A DNA stretch of 64,000 bases from assembly GCA_002633005.1 (NCBI GenBank), contig NMRA01000009.1, positions 1,269,683 through 1,333,682 of the forward strand, in the 5' to 3' direction. A program made the position numbers and the translations under genes. Under the pieces are notes generated by a model. The model worked only from the letters and a program-made list of their open reading frames with translations. It made no database searches and had not been told where the DNA came from. This DNA is from Phoronis australis. Taxonomy: Eukaryota > Animalia > Phoronida. Shown here one piece after another: positions 27,901-42,900 of this stretch (the stretch's first letter is position 1; each line of letters begins with the position of its first letter).

Positions 27901-30900
27901 CATGTTCAACCAGCTGTAATATGAATGAAAAAATACAAGCCAGTGACAAAATGGTGGCTACGTAGTACATATTAAAATACGTGTACCAAAACAGCAGTGA
28001 CACTGACCAAGTAACAGTATTAGAAGTTTCAACAGCCCACCCTAATGTCAGGCTTAAAGTGAAAATGGTGTCTCTCAATGCTCACTTTTATTAATTGTAA
28101 GAGAAAAGTTGGAAAGACTAAAAACAAAAGATGGAGTTGGTGTCTAAGTCATGCTCTTGGATCGATGCAGGCTCACTAAGGAAACGAGGTCAATAACAAT
28201 GTTAAAAACATCTTAGCCTAGTACAAAAAATGTAGATTTTTCTAACAAACATCTTTGAAATTCTTGATTAACTATGTAGGATCTTGTGCACAAGTCTTGA
28301 GCATTAAGTGTTTTTTTAGATGTTTAGTGTTGTCAGGTATCATGATTACGGAGTGTTAGTTGAAACGGCCAATGATATTTTACCAATTTGCATGATTTAA
28401 AGACAGCTGTCAGACATGACACAGCAGGTGATGAAAAACTTACCGGCATGATTAGGAAAACACTTGCCTTTTAGACAATGAATTTGTAGCAATAGCTTTT
28501 TGAAATACAAGGTATGATATCGATGCCTCAATTCTGAAGCCTATTATCAGCCCCTCTCAAAAACATTTTAAAAATCATGTAAAATTTCCTCAGCCACTAA
28601 ATTTCTACTCTAATGATCTAAAATCCTCAATGAGGTTATTATTAGTTAAATCTCACATAATACACTAGGCATAAAAAGGTTTTTCAATTATTAAATGCAA
28701 AATCAACATTTCTGAAGCAGCCTCAGTGTGAGGAACATGATTTGAATCAGCATGATGGCATTCCGTCGTTCAGCAACTTTTCCAGACGTGAGGGGTGCTG
28801 AACGTGCGATAACATCTGGCTCCTTTGTTAACTGCCCAGCACAGTCGTTTGTCCCGTATCACAATAAGCAGGCCAATTATCTCCCAGGCTTATTATAGAC
28901 CACAAGTTAACACAATCAAACCCAGAGCGCATTGGTACGTTCGGAAAGACTAGATAGTCGTAACTTTGGTTGTAGTTGGACGATTTTAGTGATTTAAAAA
29001 CTAAACATGATCAGCATTTGACAAGGAATTCAGAAATACTATAGGTTTATCTTCAAATATGTTAACTTAACTTTTATTTTTAGCAGCACAGACCAATCAG
29101 GGTAGATATAATCTTATTGGAGATTAGAGCAATTATTGAACAAAAGAGAGCTGGCCCTCCAACCATGAATGCCAGAATGGAGTTAATCAGTCGTGTAAGA
29201 TATTGGCTACAGGGGTAAACTTCCCAACTTGTTGTTGGGCTATTGAATCGAACAAGTTGGGAGCAATGGGAAAACGCTGTAATGGTATATTACAAGTCGG
29301 CAGGGGTGATTATGGGACATACAACTCAGCAGGAGTCCTTAGTTCAATACTTGACACCGCCTACTGCTTAGTAGGCTTGCTCGTTTAAAACTAAATGGTG
29401 GCGACAGGGACAAGGGAAATACATAATTTTGCTAACTTAAAATCTATAGTTTTGTAAATATCTGGCTCAATTCATATACTTGGCAATAAGGTCCAACATA
29501 ATCTTAACAAGTCTAGTTATTCCCAAGACAAAATTTTGCCCAATGTGGTCCGCTGTATCACCCTATCACAATTCCCAAGATGTTTTCCAATAAATTGGCA
29601 AAACACACCACATGGGACAAAATTACCTTAGGGAAGAAACAAAATTCGTTATAGGTACATGCAGTGAACATCTAAAATATAGGTTAAAAATACATACACC
29701 CTTCAGATGCAAAAAGATCCCTGTTCAAACTGCACTACACAAGTTATTGTCAACCGTCATCAAGTCATTTCACGATATCAAATAATATTTTGACTTTCTA
29801 TACTACACCGTCCCATAAACACATGTTGTTCAAATAATCGATGACTGAAAAATCTTAGTTTTTGCCTTAAAATCCAGCATCATGGTTGTGAACACCATTT
29901 TTGCTTCAAAATGAATATTAAAAAAATTTTAAATTATCAAACATTAGTTGATTTCATGATTGAGAGATAAATCATGTAATTGAAATCTATTAAATAAGAG
30001 TTGTTCCAAACAACTCAGATATTTGGCAGTAAAACAGTTCATATAATTTGATGAGAAGCAATGAAAGATGATGCTAATACTGCATTTTCAAAAAATTCTG
30101 CGAAAGATTTACAGTTGATGGAATTCCAAGTTTTAAACAATACTAGATGCAAAATATGCCTTGAATAAAGGTAATTCAGAAACAGTACTCCACAAAACCA
30201 CTTTCACATTAAATCCAGGTTGTCATTCACTCCTTTGCAACCTCCCAACTACAAAAACCAAGCTCATAACTCTCATTGAAATGTAACTGATGAATAGACC
30301 ATAATGCATGAAGTCATCCTAGTTCAGTATTGTCAGCATTTAAAAAGAGGACTGCTACTGCTACATCTATGGTTGTGATTATAACTGACTGCAGAGCTTC
30401 AGGCCCCTTTGAAAAGAAGGAACGCACAAGCAAAACAAAGCAATGGCTTGCACACCTGTTTACTTCCTTGCTTCTTATCCAGAAGAAGCTTGTCCATATA
30501 GGCTAGTTCATCATTGGAACTTTTGGTTCTCTTCCGCTTGCGCTGTTCTAATCGTTGTCGCCATTCAGTCAGCTCTTCATAACAGTGTGCCTTGAGACAA
30601 AGGTTGTCATCATCCGAAACACAAGAGAACTGACAGCTGTCATCCTGAATATGACTGGAAATTAAGAGAAAAGTAGAATTATTTTTAATCACAATTTCTT
30701 AACATTTACTTGTTACACATGGAGATCAGATCCAAATTTGAAATTCAATTAGCAAAGGTAGCAACTTATAATAAAGTTGTTACATAACATGACATTCAAT
30801 TAAAACGCAAAATGAACACAAAAAATGACAGCAACACTTACTCCCGACATATTTGCAGGTTTTCCAGTGAAACACCGTAAGGCGGCTCTCTAAACCTACA

Positions 30901-33900
30901 CTCATCCTCATTCTCTGCCAAAGCCTTGTTACGGTGCCTTGCAGACAGTTGATGCAGTTTTAACTGTTTCTTCGAATTACATGTGCAGTTGCAGAGATGG
31001 CAATGGTTTGTGCTAAGAAAAACTTGTCTCTCACGCTGCACTGTTCTTTGCACCGTTCGCTGTGGTACACTTGACTGCTTTTGAGGGGGCATTGGAATGA
31101 CCAGATCCTCAATCTTAAGACCTACACAACACAGAAGAAACCCTTTGAGTATACATCTGCACAGCACTCCTCATTTCTTTTCAAAACCATAGTAACATAC
31201 AAAACCAAACAGGAACAAATTAAGAGGGTTCACCATGAGCCTTGCAAATCAAAAGGTGCAGAAACCCAATTGCAATTCGTCACCAGGGGGTGCCACAGTA
31301 ATTGTACCTATCCAATAATCAGCAGCTGTGCTTTCCTCAATAGGTCCCCACACTTCATGAAGATCTATCAAGGATGCAAGGATGGTTGCAGGTTTGTACT
31401 TGAACTGAACATTAATGCATGAAACAGCAAAGTAAAACTGTGCTGAAAGAGGCCTGTCATCGAACGTTCACGCGCTTATGTTCAATTCCACAAGTTCGGA
31501 ATCAACAGTACTGTACATAAGTTGACTTGGTTACGACCTATGTACAAAAAGTCCAGAAAGACCTCATAACAACGCACTTGCCCTGTATCAGCTAAGAGAG
31601 GTACTGAAATGTCACAGAGTTGGTCAAGAGCTAACAAAAAGTCAAGTTGAAAAGTTTCTGAAATGTCAAATTTTCACCACATATTCCAAGTGCTTGTTAC
31701 TTGTGAGACAAGCACTACACAGGTGTTTAAAACCTCCCACAATTCATAAACATACACGGAAGTCTGTTTTCTTCACATAAAAATGAAGTAAATGGTAAGT
31801 AACATCCTGCAACCCAATGATTCAGTGAAAACTTGAGTTAGAAAACGATGAAAGTAACTCACCACTTTGTCTGAGATATGTCCAAATAATCTTTTCCTCC
31901 TCATTGTGTGCATAAGTACATTTCAAACCTTTAAAGCAACTGTGGTTCTTCTGATGGTCACACAACTTGTAGCTATAATTGCCGAACACTGGACGTCTGA
32001 TCCTTTTACCACTTTTAGGTTCTATGAAACACATTTGATGATCATTATGTCCATTCTTTGTCTGCGATGTCCAACACAGCCAACAGGTTTCGTAGAGTTT
32101 GTAAGGAAAATTCGCATCAAATTTTCTTGAAACTTTAGCAGTTTCTCCACTTGTATTCTGAGAACTTCCAAGATTTGGCAGACGCTCGGTCACTTGACGT
32201 GCACTATGCCTTAGCTGGCCCACATTGTCACCCTCTCCACCACGCTTCGCTCCATAATTAACAAAAAACTGTTCGAAATTAAATGAACCTTGCTGCTGCA
32301 TGGTCCACAAAATAAGTTCCTCATCAGAATGAGCATAGAAGCATTTTTCACCAAAGGTTGCAAAGTGACCGGGCTTGTCTTTATTGTAACATAACTGTGG
32401 CTTATATTGAGGCTTCACTATATGTTCTCTGATCATCATCCAAGGCTGACCTGTCTTGGCCACAATCAAAATCGATTTATCACAAGCACTTGTGCTGTGT
32501 GCACTTGTGCTAAAAGAACCACACCAACTTTCGCCAGACTGTTTTGTAGTAAAACATTGACGGCAAGCTAGTTTAAACTCGTGTGTGTTTTTCAAAGGAA
32601 ATTCCTTCATCAACTCCTGCCATACTTTGTTAATGTCCAGTTCTTTCCGTCTGTGAGCCTCCCAGATCTCTTTCTCTAGAGGACTGTGTGCTAAGTTGCA
32701 GTCCCCTGAACAGCTAGTGTTACGGCATAAAGAGATGGGGGCCTCTAGCCCAGATATCTCAGCAGGTAATGGGTGTACATACACCCAACTACCAGCACTA
32801 GTTCTCTGAGCCACTAACAAGTCACGATGACATGCATGTTCAAGGTGTTCATTCAGTGATGACTTCTTCCCTTTGCTACTGAAGCACTCGTTGCAACCCA
32901 GCTGAAATGTGAATCTCTTGCTATTGCCATTCGAATTTGTGGCTGGAGTTCTAAAAATAAAAATTAAGTCAATTGATACAGAACAGTGGATACATCCTTC
33001 AATTCAAGAGTTGTGAAAATCAAACTGAACAATTATATTTCTTAATTTGTAACTTCAGCAGTTTTGAAATATTTAAGTAGTAGACGCTGATTTGGTGTTC
33101 CATTTATATGTTGTTTATCGTATGGCTTACTGAAGATGACTGAAACCAAGTACAAAACACATCCCACATCTGCTTAACAAGGAACAACATTTGTTCCATA
33201 CTGCAGCAGTAAGTCAGTTACATTAATTCATCCAACTGAATTGAAGTTTGGATTAAAGCTGCACTTTGCACTCTGCCACTTTAAACATATTTCAAGCTCT
33301 TAAGTCAAGGGCATTAAGCCAACAGGTGACCTACTCACAGGATTTACGGTCATTGTTATGTCATGTGACAGTGGTAATTTAAGGTGTTCCCTGCACATCA
33401 TTTTCAAATTCCAGGATTGGCCAACCAATATAAAACAGACTATTTTCCAACATGTTTGGTGACCTGCTGAGACTTTGTACACTCTCCTTGGTAGTAGAAA
33501 GCCCCATAATACCAAGGGAAATTCTGAGACTGATTTTGTAAGAGAAAGAAGCCTAATTCAATTTTCATTATCGCCAACAAAACAGGGCAAAATCCATATA
33601 TGAATGTCTTGGGTGTTTCGGGTGCTTCCATAGTAGCCATGTGAATTGATATTAATCTGTATAGATGCAATCCGAATGAAAACAATGGGGTTCATAACTT
33701 GTCAAAACATTGTTCAAAATGATGTTCAAATGTATTTTAAAGCACACTCACCGCTTAACCTTTGGAATAGCACCACTTCCAACAACACTGCTGTTATTCG
33801 TATTCAGCTTACCTGAAAGAGAAAAATATATCATATTTAAATAAGGCTTGCTTTACATTTGCTTGACTGTTCTCACAACAGCCATGAAACAGGAACCCAT

Positions 33901-36900
33901 TCTACCTTACAATAAACTTTCACTAGAATGTGGATTTTTCTTGCAAGTGAAAAACACATTCAGAATATTCAACATGGGGTGGGGCAAATGCAAAATTGAG
34001 ATCCAGTTTTCTGTTGCAGAGAACATTGTGGTATCTTAGTTGCTGAAATATGTGAATTCCACAAATTCCGTAAAATCCTTGTTTCTACTGACTTAATACT
34101 CAATATGCACAAGGAACATTGACCGCTAAGTTCATTCACAGATGTCAAACATGCTCACCGTGACCTTTCGTGCCCTTTTGACCCACAGCTTGCCATGCTT
34201 CATCAGAAGACGAGTCATGATCAGAGGAGTCAGCTATAAACAAACACATTTTACTGATGTATAATCATTTAAGGCATAAAGTGAAGTCTTATCGTTAGTT
34301 GGAGTTCTTGTGATCCTTCCGAGAGACTAGGCAAAATCTACAAGAGATTTGACTCGAAATTTGACCGTTCATATCTTGCGAAAATGGAAATTCAATTGAA
34401 GCTTGGAACTTAATTTATCAATTTTTGAGTAGAGTCTTGATCAGTAATCTGGCGGTCGCTGGCCTAGACCATCACAGGTAGTTCCGTTTAGAAAAAGTTC
34501 CCTAACTCATACACTTAAAGGTACATATCTTTGGTTAGTGATTACTCTACCATTTGTCTTGGGTGTAGTACTTCCATCCCGTTTCTCGAGCTCCTTTTTA
34601 CAGTCTGCACTTGCAGCTTTACCAGCCCCATCAGAAACAACCCTTGTTTGTAATTGGCCATACACCTGGAAATATATTTCAACACCTTTATATCTCACGC
34701 TATCTGGATAACATTTCACAGAAAAGGTGCAACAGCAAGACAATCAGTGGAGAATTTGTAAAGCATCTTTGACAAGAGCAACGCAAAGCATTGAAACGCA
34801 TCCCCGGCTGTGCTGCAAATAGTGTGTTTTTAAGGTGGTAACATTTAGTATGTGAAAATGACCACTAGATGGCGCAGAGTATATCAAACCTGTTCGAAAA
34901 TGGGAAGGCACCATTGCTTCTCTACTGGAAATGTATTTTGTTTAATGTCATGAAAATACATTAAATAAATTCAAAGGTAGAGGTAAACCTAAAAATAAAT
35001 TCACCACAAGGTGGCACAGATACTTCTGGAAGAAGTCATAATCTCTTGTCACGCTCATAGACTACACTTTCTATTACTAACTATAAAGTATAAAAAGATA
35101 AAACAAAAGCCATAGATGCAAAATAAAACAAAAATTGTCACCACATGCCATATGGACCTGCCTGAAAACCAACGTCAGATGTGATCTCAGTACCAGCACA
35201 TTCAGCAAATTTCCATAATGATCCTTTAATTAGCAGCTTGCCAGACAGAAGGATGAACCCAAAATATCAGCTAGAGACTATTAGATGAGGCAGAACACAA
35301 TACGTTGGCTCTTTCCAAAAATAAAAAAACGTGATGTCTCTTTAACAGGAAGTTATGAGACAAATTTCTTGAAAATGCATCAACGAACGCTGAAGATGCA
35401 GAGGCAAACATAAAAAAAAATAAAATTGTCACCAGAGAGCACACTTGTTATTGGATCTGAACCATCATCACCTGTCAAAAGCTTCATAGAAACATGTGCC
35501 AAACTTTACAAAATTAATAAAGATTCTTCAAAAAGGTTAAGCAGATACAGCTTCAAGTTGCAAAAACAGTGTTGTCGTCATCTGAGCAGAAACATATCTG
35601 CCAAATTTTGTTAAAATCCATGAAGGAACTGGGCAGATACAGAGACTAACATAAAAAATAAAATTGACAATAGGGGGCACACAAGTTGTGTATTCCATCC
35701 AAAAATCACCATCATCTGTTGGCAGCTTCACACGAGCAAACCTGCCGAATTTTACAAAGATACTGCAAGAGGTTTAGGAGATACCGCAGCAGATACCGGA
35801 TGACAGATACAGGACACCTGGATAGAGATGACAGCAGTATGTGCCCATAATGCATCTGGGTGCATAAAATTAGGCTCATGACACACTCCCACATTCAAAT
35901 TTCACTGTGTTCTTTTGGAGTATTAAGATCACTCGCTTGGGAGCACAAGTCAAGATGGCCCAATGCGATCATCAGGCAGGTTACATCACAGCACCCATCT
36001 CTATAGTCCCTAATCCACCAAACAAAGGAAGCAGTCCAAGTGATGTGGTACATAACTATTGTAATTTAACAGGTAAGAATAACTCATAGCGCAGGGTTCA
36101 GTCATGCAATATAGCACCTAAAGTAACAAGCACACACAAGATGAGTTTGCTTATACCCCAACAACAAAAGAACTCCAATTAACCAAGCACGTGCATATTG
36201 GATTATACACTGGTACTCAGGATACATTTTGATGGCTGAATTTTGCATTCTTTACTATTTCCATCATTTTCTTCCTTGATTTTCGTTGATTTGGTGCTTT
36301 GAAATGCTGGTAACTTGCAAGGATATTTTCAGCTTTCATTAAAAACAAATCATAATTCATAACATTTTAAAACCCATTTAAGGCCTTAAAAGTACGTAAA
36401 ATGACAGCTCATGTTCAAATGTGTTGCAGGAAATGTGGTCATGCAGGACCACCAAAACAACCTGTACCCTTAAGCTGTACCTAACACTGGAAGTATTTAC
36501 CAATTTTTATGCAATGTGGTGTAAGGAACTTTGGAGTCTTAGCTCGCTAAAATGGTCAAAAATGTCAAATGACGAAGTATAACAAAAACATCTCAATTCA
36601 CCTCATGTATATTAAGTATACATGATATAGAGTGTCAAGTTACCACCTGTATAGAATACTACTTACTGTGTGTCCACCAGGTGACCTCTCATATAGGACT
36701 TTCTCATCCATCAGATGCCTTTTAGTTGATTTATCTGAGCTACTGATGATGTGAGAATGCCCACCCATTTGTTTCCTAGAAATAGCTTCATCCACGGATT
36801 GGTTGGAAGTCGAAGTTGCTGATACCTTGGCATTCAACTGACGGTTTGCTTTTACTGTGTTTTTCTGATTGCTTTCACTCTGTTGCTTTTTACAGACTGC

Positions 36901-39900
36901 ATTCATAGCTTTACCAACCCCACCAGAAGTGAGGCTGACAGGCAAAGCTTGTCCAGGTGCCTAAACACAAATTTCAATACATCAAAAATCCATACTGCAT
37001 AATTTCTCAAAGAACGAGTGATAGCATATGAACTCGTGCACATAATGCAGAGCTCAAAATACAGTAAATCACATACACAAGTTATGAAATAAGAAGATGG
37101 GACTTAAACTAGACAACCTCACAAATTGCTCAAGGCTAGGAATGATATCATGTTGTTGAGACCTCAAAATTTTAATACTTTAGGTTAAGTCAAGAACTGG
37201 GCCATTCTTTTCCAAAACATTTGCTAACAATAAACTCTAAAATAAAACAAGAGCAACGCAGAGCGTTGAAATGTGCCCACAAATGCATCACAAATGTTGT
37301 GCTTTAAATTTAGGGTTCTTTATTTGTGTCATAAAAATGGCCAATATATGGCGCAAAAACGTACAATCCATCCAAAAACGGGAACATGTCATTGCTTCTT
37401 AAGTAGAAAGCTATAAACCAAATTTCATAGAAATCTGTCTCGGAACTTCAGAGAAACAAAGGAAAACAGAGTAAAATGAAATTGTCACCAGGGGGCACAT
37501 TGTTCATTGGATCCGCCTGAAAGTCATCATTGTCTGTTGTTAGCTTCATATAAATACACTTATTTAAGTTTAATAAAGATCCTGTAGTGGGTTTAGGAGA
37601 TACAGCTATGGGCACAAAACAAAACAAAACTACCACCAGGAGGCGCCACAGTAGTCGAAGTTGTCATCGTCAAGCGTCCTCTTCATACTGGAAACATATA
37701 AGCCAATTTTCAAAACCATCTGTAGAATGATTTGGTTGACAGAGGGTAGATGCCAAAAACAGATTCAAAAACAGCAAAAATGGCCACCAGGTGGCACAAA
37801 ATACCTTGATTCCATTCGAAAACAGGACGATAGCGTCATCTCACCAAAAGATGCCCGTATTCAAAATTTTATGAAAATCTGTATAGGACCTTTGAAGATA
37901 CAGAAGTAAACGTAAAAATAAAATTGCCACCAGCGGGCACACCAGTTGTCAGATCCACCCGAAAATAGTCGTCGTCTGCTGTCAACATCATATAAACCCA
38001 CTTGTTAAATTTAGTAAAGATCCTGCAAACAGTTTAGGAGATACAGTCATGGGCACAAAAAATGAAACTGCCACTAGGAGGTGCCACAATAGTCGAAGTC
38101 ATCAGCCGTCCACTTCATAGTACATGCCAATTTTCACAATTATCCTGAAAGTGGTTTGGTTGATAGAGGGGTGGACGCCAAAAAACAGACTCAAAAACAG
38201 TAAATATGGCCACTAGGTGGTGCAAACTACGTCGAATCCATCTGAAAATGAAAAGATAGCGTCACCTCACTAACAGAAGCCTGTAAACCAAATTTTATGA
38301 AAATACCTTGAGGACCTTTGAAGATACTGAGGAAAATGTAAAAAAAAAATTGCCACTAGGTGGCACACCAGTAGTCAGATCTGTCCGAAAGTCGTCGTCG
38401 TCCATTGTCATCATCATATAAATGCACTTACTAAATTTAGTAAAGATCCTGCAAACGGTTTAGGAGATATAGCCATAGGTGCAAAAAAGGACAAAACTGC
38501 CACTAGGAGGCGCCACAGTAGTCGAAGTTGTCGGAAAATCATCGTCAACTGTCCTCATCATAATAAAAATATACATGCCAATTTTCACAATCATGCTTAG
38601 AGCGGTTTGGATGATAGAGGGGTGGACGCTAAAAAACAGACTCGAAAACAGTAAAAATGCCTACTAAGTGGCGCAAATTACGTCAAATCCATCGAAAAAC
38701 AGGAGGATATTGTCGTTTCACTAATAGATGCATAATTCCAAATTTTGTGAAAATATGTTGAGGACCTTTGATCAAAAATGTCAAATGACGAAGTATAACA
38801 AAAACATCTCAATTCACCTCATGTATATTAAGTATACATGATATAGAGTGTCAAGTTACCACCTGTATAGAATACTACTTACTGTGTGTCCACCAGGTGA
38901 CCTCTCATATAGGACTTTCTCATCCATCAGATGCCTTTTAGTTGATTTATCTGAGCTACTGATGATGTGAGAATGCCCACCCATTTGTTTCCTAGAAATA
39001 GCTTCATCCACGGATTGGTTGGAAGTCGAAGTTGCTGATACCTTGGCATTCAACTGACGGTTTGCTTTTACTGTGTTTTTCTGATTGCTTTCACTCTGTT
39101 GCTTTTTACAGACTGCATTCATAGCTTTACCAACCCCACCAGAAGTGAGGCTCACAGGCGAAGCTTGTCCAGGTGCCTAAACACAAATTTCAATACATCA
39201 AAAACTCATACTGCATAATTTCTCAAAGAACGAGTGACATCGTATGAACTTGTGCACATAATGCAGAGCTCAAAATACAATAAATCACATACACAAGTTA
39301 TGAAATAAGAAGATGGGACTTAAACTAGACAATCTCACAAATTGCTCAAGGCTAGGAATGATATCATGTTGTTGAGACCTCAAAATTTTAATACTTTAGG
39401 TGTAGTCAAGAACTGAGCCATTCTTTTCCAAAACCTATGCTAACAATTACTAAGTCTAAAATAAACAAGAGCAACACGGAGCGTTGAAATGCACCCACGA
39501 ACGCATATCAAATGGTGTGCTTTTAGGGTTATTTATTTGTATCATAAAAATGGCCACTAGATGGCGCAAAAATGTACAATCCATCCAAATACAGCTGCTA
39601 TAGATGCAAAACAAAACGGAGCTACCACCAGGAGGCGCCACAGTAGTCAGTCGCCATCATCAAGCGTCCTCTTCACACTGAGAACATTTCAATTTTCAAA
39701 ACCATCCCTAGAAGGATTTGGTTGACCAGGGTTTGAAAACAGCAAAAATGGCCACTACGTGGCGCAAAATACCTACATTCCATCCAAAAACAGGAGCAAA
39801 GCGTCATCTCTTCAATAGATGCCTATATTCAAAATTTTATGAAAATCTGTTTTGGACCTTTGAAGATACAGAGGTAAAACGTAAAAAAATAAAATTGCCA

Positions 39901-42900
39901 CTAGGGGGCACACAAGTGGTCAGATGTATCCAAAAGTCGTTGTTGTTTGTTGTCAACATCATATAAATACACTTGCTAAATCAAGTAAAGATCCTGCAAA
40001 TGGTTTAGGAAATACAGCCATGAGCGCAAAAAAAACTGCCAACAGGAGGCGCCACAGTAATCGAAGTTGGAAAATCATCGTCAGCCGTCCACTAAATAGT
40101 TTAAACATACATGCCAATTTTCACAATTATCCTGAAAGCGGTTTGGTTGACAGACGAGTGGACGCCAAAAAACAGACTCGAAAACAGTAAAAATGGCCAC
40201 TACATGGCGCAAACTAGGTCAAATCCATCTGAAAATGGAGAGATGACGTCACCTCATTAAGAGATGCCTGTATGCCAAATTTTAAGAAAATACATTGAGG
40301 ACCTTTGAAGAAAGAGAGGTAAACGAAAAAAAAATAAAATTGCCACTAGGTGGCACACCAGTAATCAGATCTGTCTGATAGTCGTCATCTTGCGTTATTA
40401 ACATCATATAAATGCACTTACTAAATTTAGTACAGATCCTACAAACGGTTTAGGAGATACAGCCATAGGCAATCATCCTTTCAGCGGTTTGGTTGATGGA
40501 GGGATGGACGCCAAAAAACAGACTCGAAAACAGTAAAAATGGCCACTAGGTGGCGCAAAATACCTCGAATCCATCCGAAAACGAAAGGATAGCCTCACCT
40601 CATTAATAGATGCCTATGTGCCAAATTTCATGAAAATCGGTTGAGGACCTTTCAAGATACAGACTCTGAGGCAAACGTAAAAAAACTAAAATTGCCACCA
40701 GGGGGCACAGCGGTATTCAGGTCGGTTCGAAACTTGTTGCCCTCTGTCGTCAACCCCATACGAACACACCTTCCAAATTTCAATAAGATCCTGCATGGGT
40801 TTAGGAGATAAAGCCGCGGACGCCGGATGCCCAGAGATGACGGCAACATGCACCCACATATAAATATGCGGGCGCATAAAAAAGAAAACTAGTCACTAAA
40901 ACCTTTGAGGCCGAATACAAAGTAGTGCACCTAATTCATCAGGACGCGATGACGTATTGACACTTTTTGTTCAAGAGTTCTGATCACAGGGTTCCACTTA
41001 TCTTTGAGCTAATTTACAAGCAACAAGCGCTCCTCCTTGTTAGAAATTACCTTCTTCACTGTTCTAGTTCTAGGCTGTACTTTCGGGATACTAGAACTTT
41101 GCACCACAGAGGTCTGCACTCTAGGTGAACAATCACTGCGACCAGGACTGTTTTCATGAGCACTGTGAAATGAGGCATCAGTAGCTACACTGCTGCATCT
41201 GCTAGAGTTCAATGAATGATATTCACTGGAATCAGATGTGGAATCCATTCTTCTTTTGTCAAATGTTTTCTTCTTTCCTTTTTTCTTCTTATTTTGGACC
41301 TTTAGTTTGGTGTTATTACTTCCCTAAAAGTTAAAATGTACCAAACCTTCTTAACAATGCGTCTTATTGGTTGGATCATATGCAGTCAATTATTCCCTTA
41401 GTTTAGGGCACTTTTCTGCCCCGGACTTCACTGATCTCACATCAGAAACATCAATAATTTTTATTCACATTAACTTTTTACTTTTAAATAATTTTTTAAA
41501 GACACTGAATATATGCTCAATTCCATAACCTTAAATAGCTATAACCATGACGAACCTAGTACAGGTGAAGATTCAAGCCAAAACCCAATTAACCATAAAG
41601 TTTTCAACTGATGCGCAAGTTTCAGTCCCCATTCCCTGCCAATGGCAGCCGGCTGGGCTGCGAACAGTCATCTGGCACATAGTTTTATGACAGAATGAGG
41701 TGGTGTCATAAAGGATTACACAGGTGACAAGGCAATCCAAACAGCTGGATTGAATTCAATGGGCTATTGAGTTCACATCAGTATACAGCAACCATTGGAT
41801 AATCATCATCCCAGGTCAATTTCTACCTGTTTTGGGTTCCTCATGACATCACCATTTATAATGATCCAAAAATACGGAGAACACAGGTTAATCAATCTGT
41901 AACAGTTGGCAGCCCGATTTTGATCACAACTAACAAAACTTAAATCAAACTAGACAATTCACTATATGTGCTTGGATCATACCGATGGTGGTCATAGTGA
42001 AATAATCATTTCATTACCAATTCACCAACTAATTTCCATCTGCTAAACCAAACCGGATCCCAAAAGGACCATCAGTATACATCATTCCTCAAAGCCCTTC
42101 AGCTCAAATCAGGGGGCAAGGTGAGTGTACCGTCTGAGAGGGTAATGTTTTCGCTACCAATTTAAATCCCCGCCCAGTCATCACCAAGTCCTCCCAGATG
42201 AGTAACCAAAACTAACATTTTACGTTTGTTTCAAAGCATTGCCTTATGTTCTGCTTAGAGCGAACAACCATGGATTTTTGGAATTGAACTAGCCTATGTA
42301 GTAGACACGTCAGAGAAAGAATAACTTTCTTTCCCCAATACTATGTGGTCACCATTGCACTTGTAACAAACTATTATAATTCCAGATTATGTTCTCCACA
42401 ACAAGGCTGTAAATGCAGCAAAGACATGACTGTGATGTGAGGATTTTCGTAGTCAATTAAACTTTCTGAATGTGAGGGTCTGTGTGAGTTAAAAGGGACT
42501 GAGCGAAAGTATTCAAACACTGGAGAGAAATTTTTGGGCTAAATGGGGAAAATTTAATGTAAATTGCAAGTATTTTTCAGAGAGAAAAGAGGCCGACAAT
42601 TACCTTCAAAATTAGGGCAGACCCTGACACTTGAAATTAAAAATTGCTACAATATGCTCCTTACAAGTACATTAAATATACCTGCCAATGACATAGAACA
42701 TTAATACCAACAAATTATCAAGACACATTGATTTTAAGTGTGCATCAATACAATAATGTCCAACAGAGTGTGTTTAATTTTCACAGGTATATAACGGCTG
42801 CTATTCCGTAGTGGAAGGAGCCAGACTCCATAACATGTTTGAATCACCCAAGTCCACTGTTCAGGTGATGTATATGTAGCAATGTCATCAACCATTAGTC

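Larger units (their letters stand above)
27073..30209. repeat. Segmental duplication copy 2
   Basis: Colinear with 20648-23783; each copy has its own private insertion. Confidence 0.9.
36556..40877. repeat. Tandem duplication with a 2216-bp period (exon plus HINE)
   Basis: The sequence from 36556 repeats from 38772. Confidence 0.9.

Noticed and set aside
37448-40877. Short ORFs within the HINE arrays
   Set aside because: Chance frames in tandem repeats; no Rep/helicase motifs.
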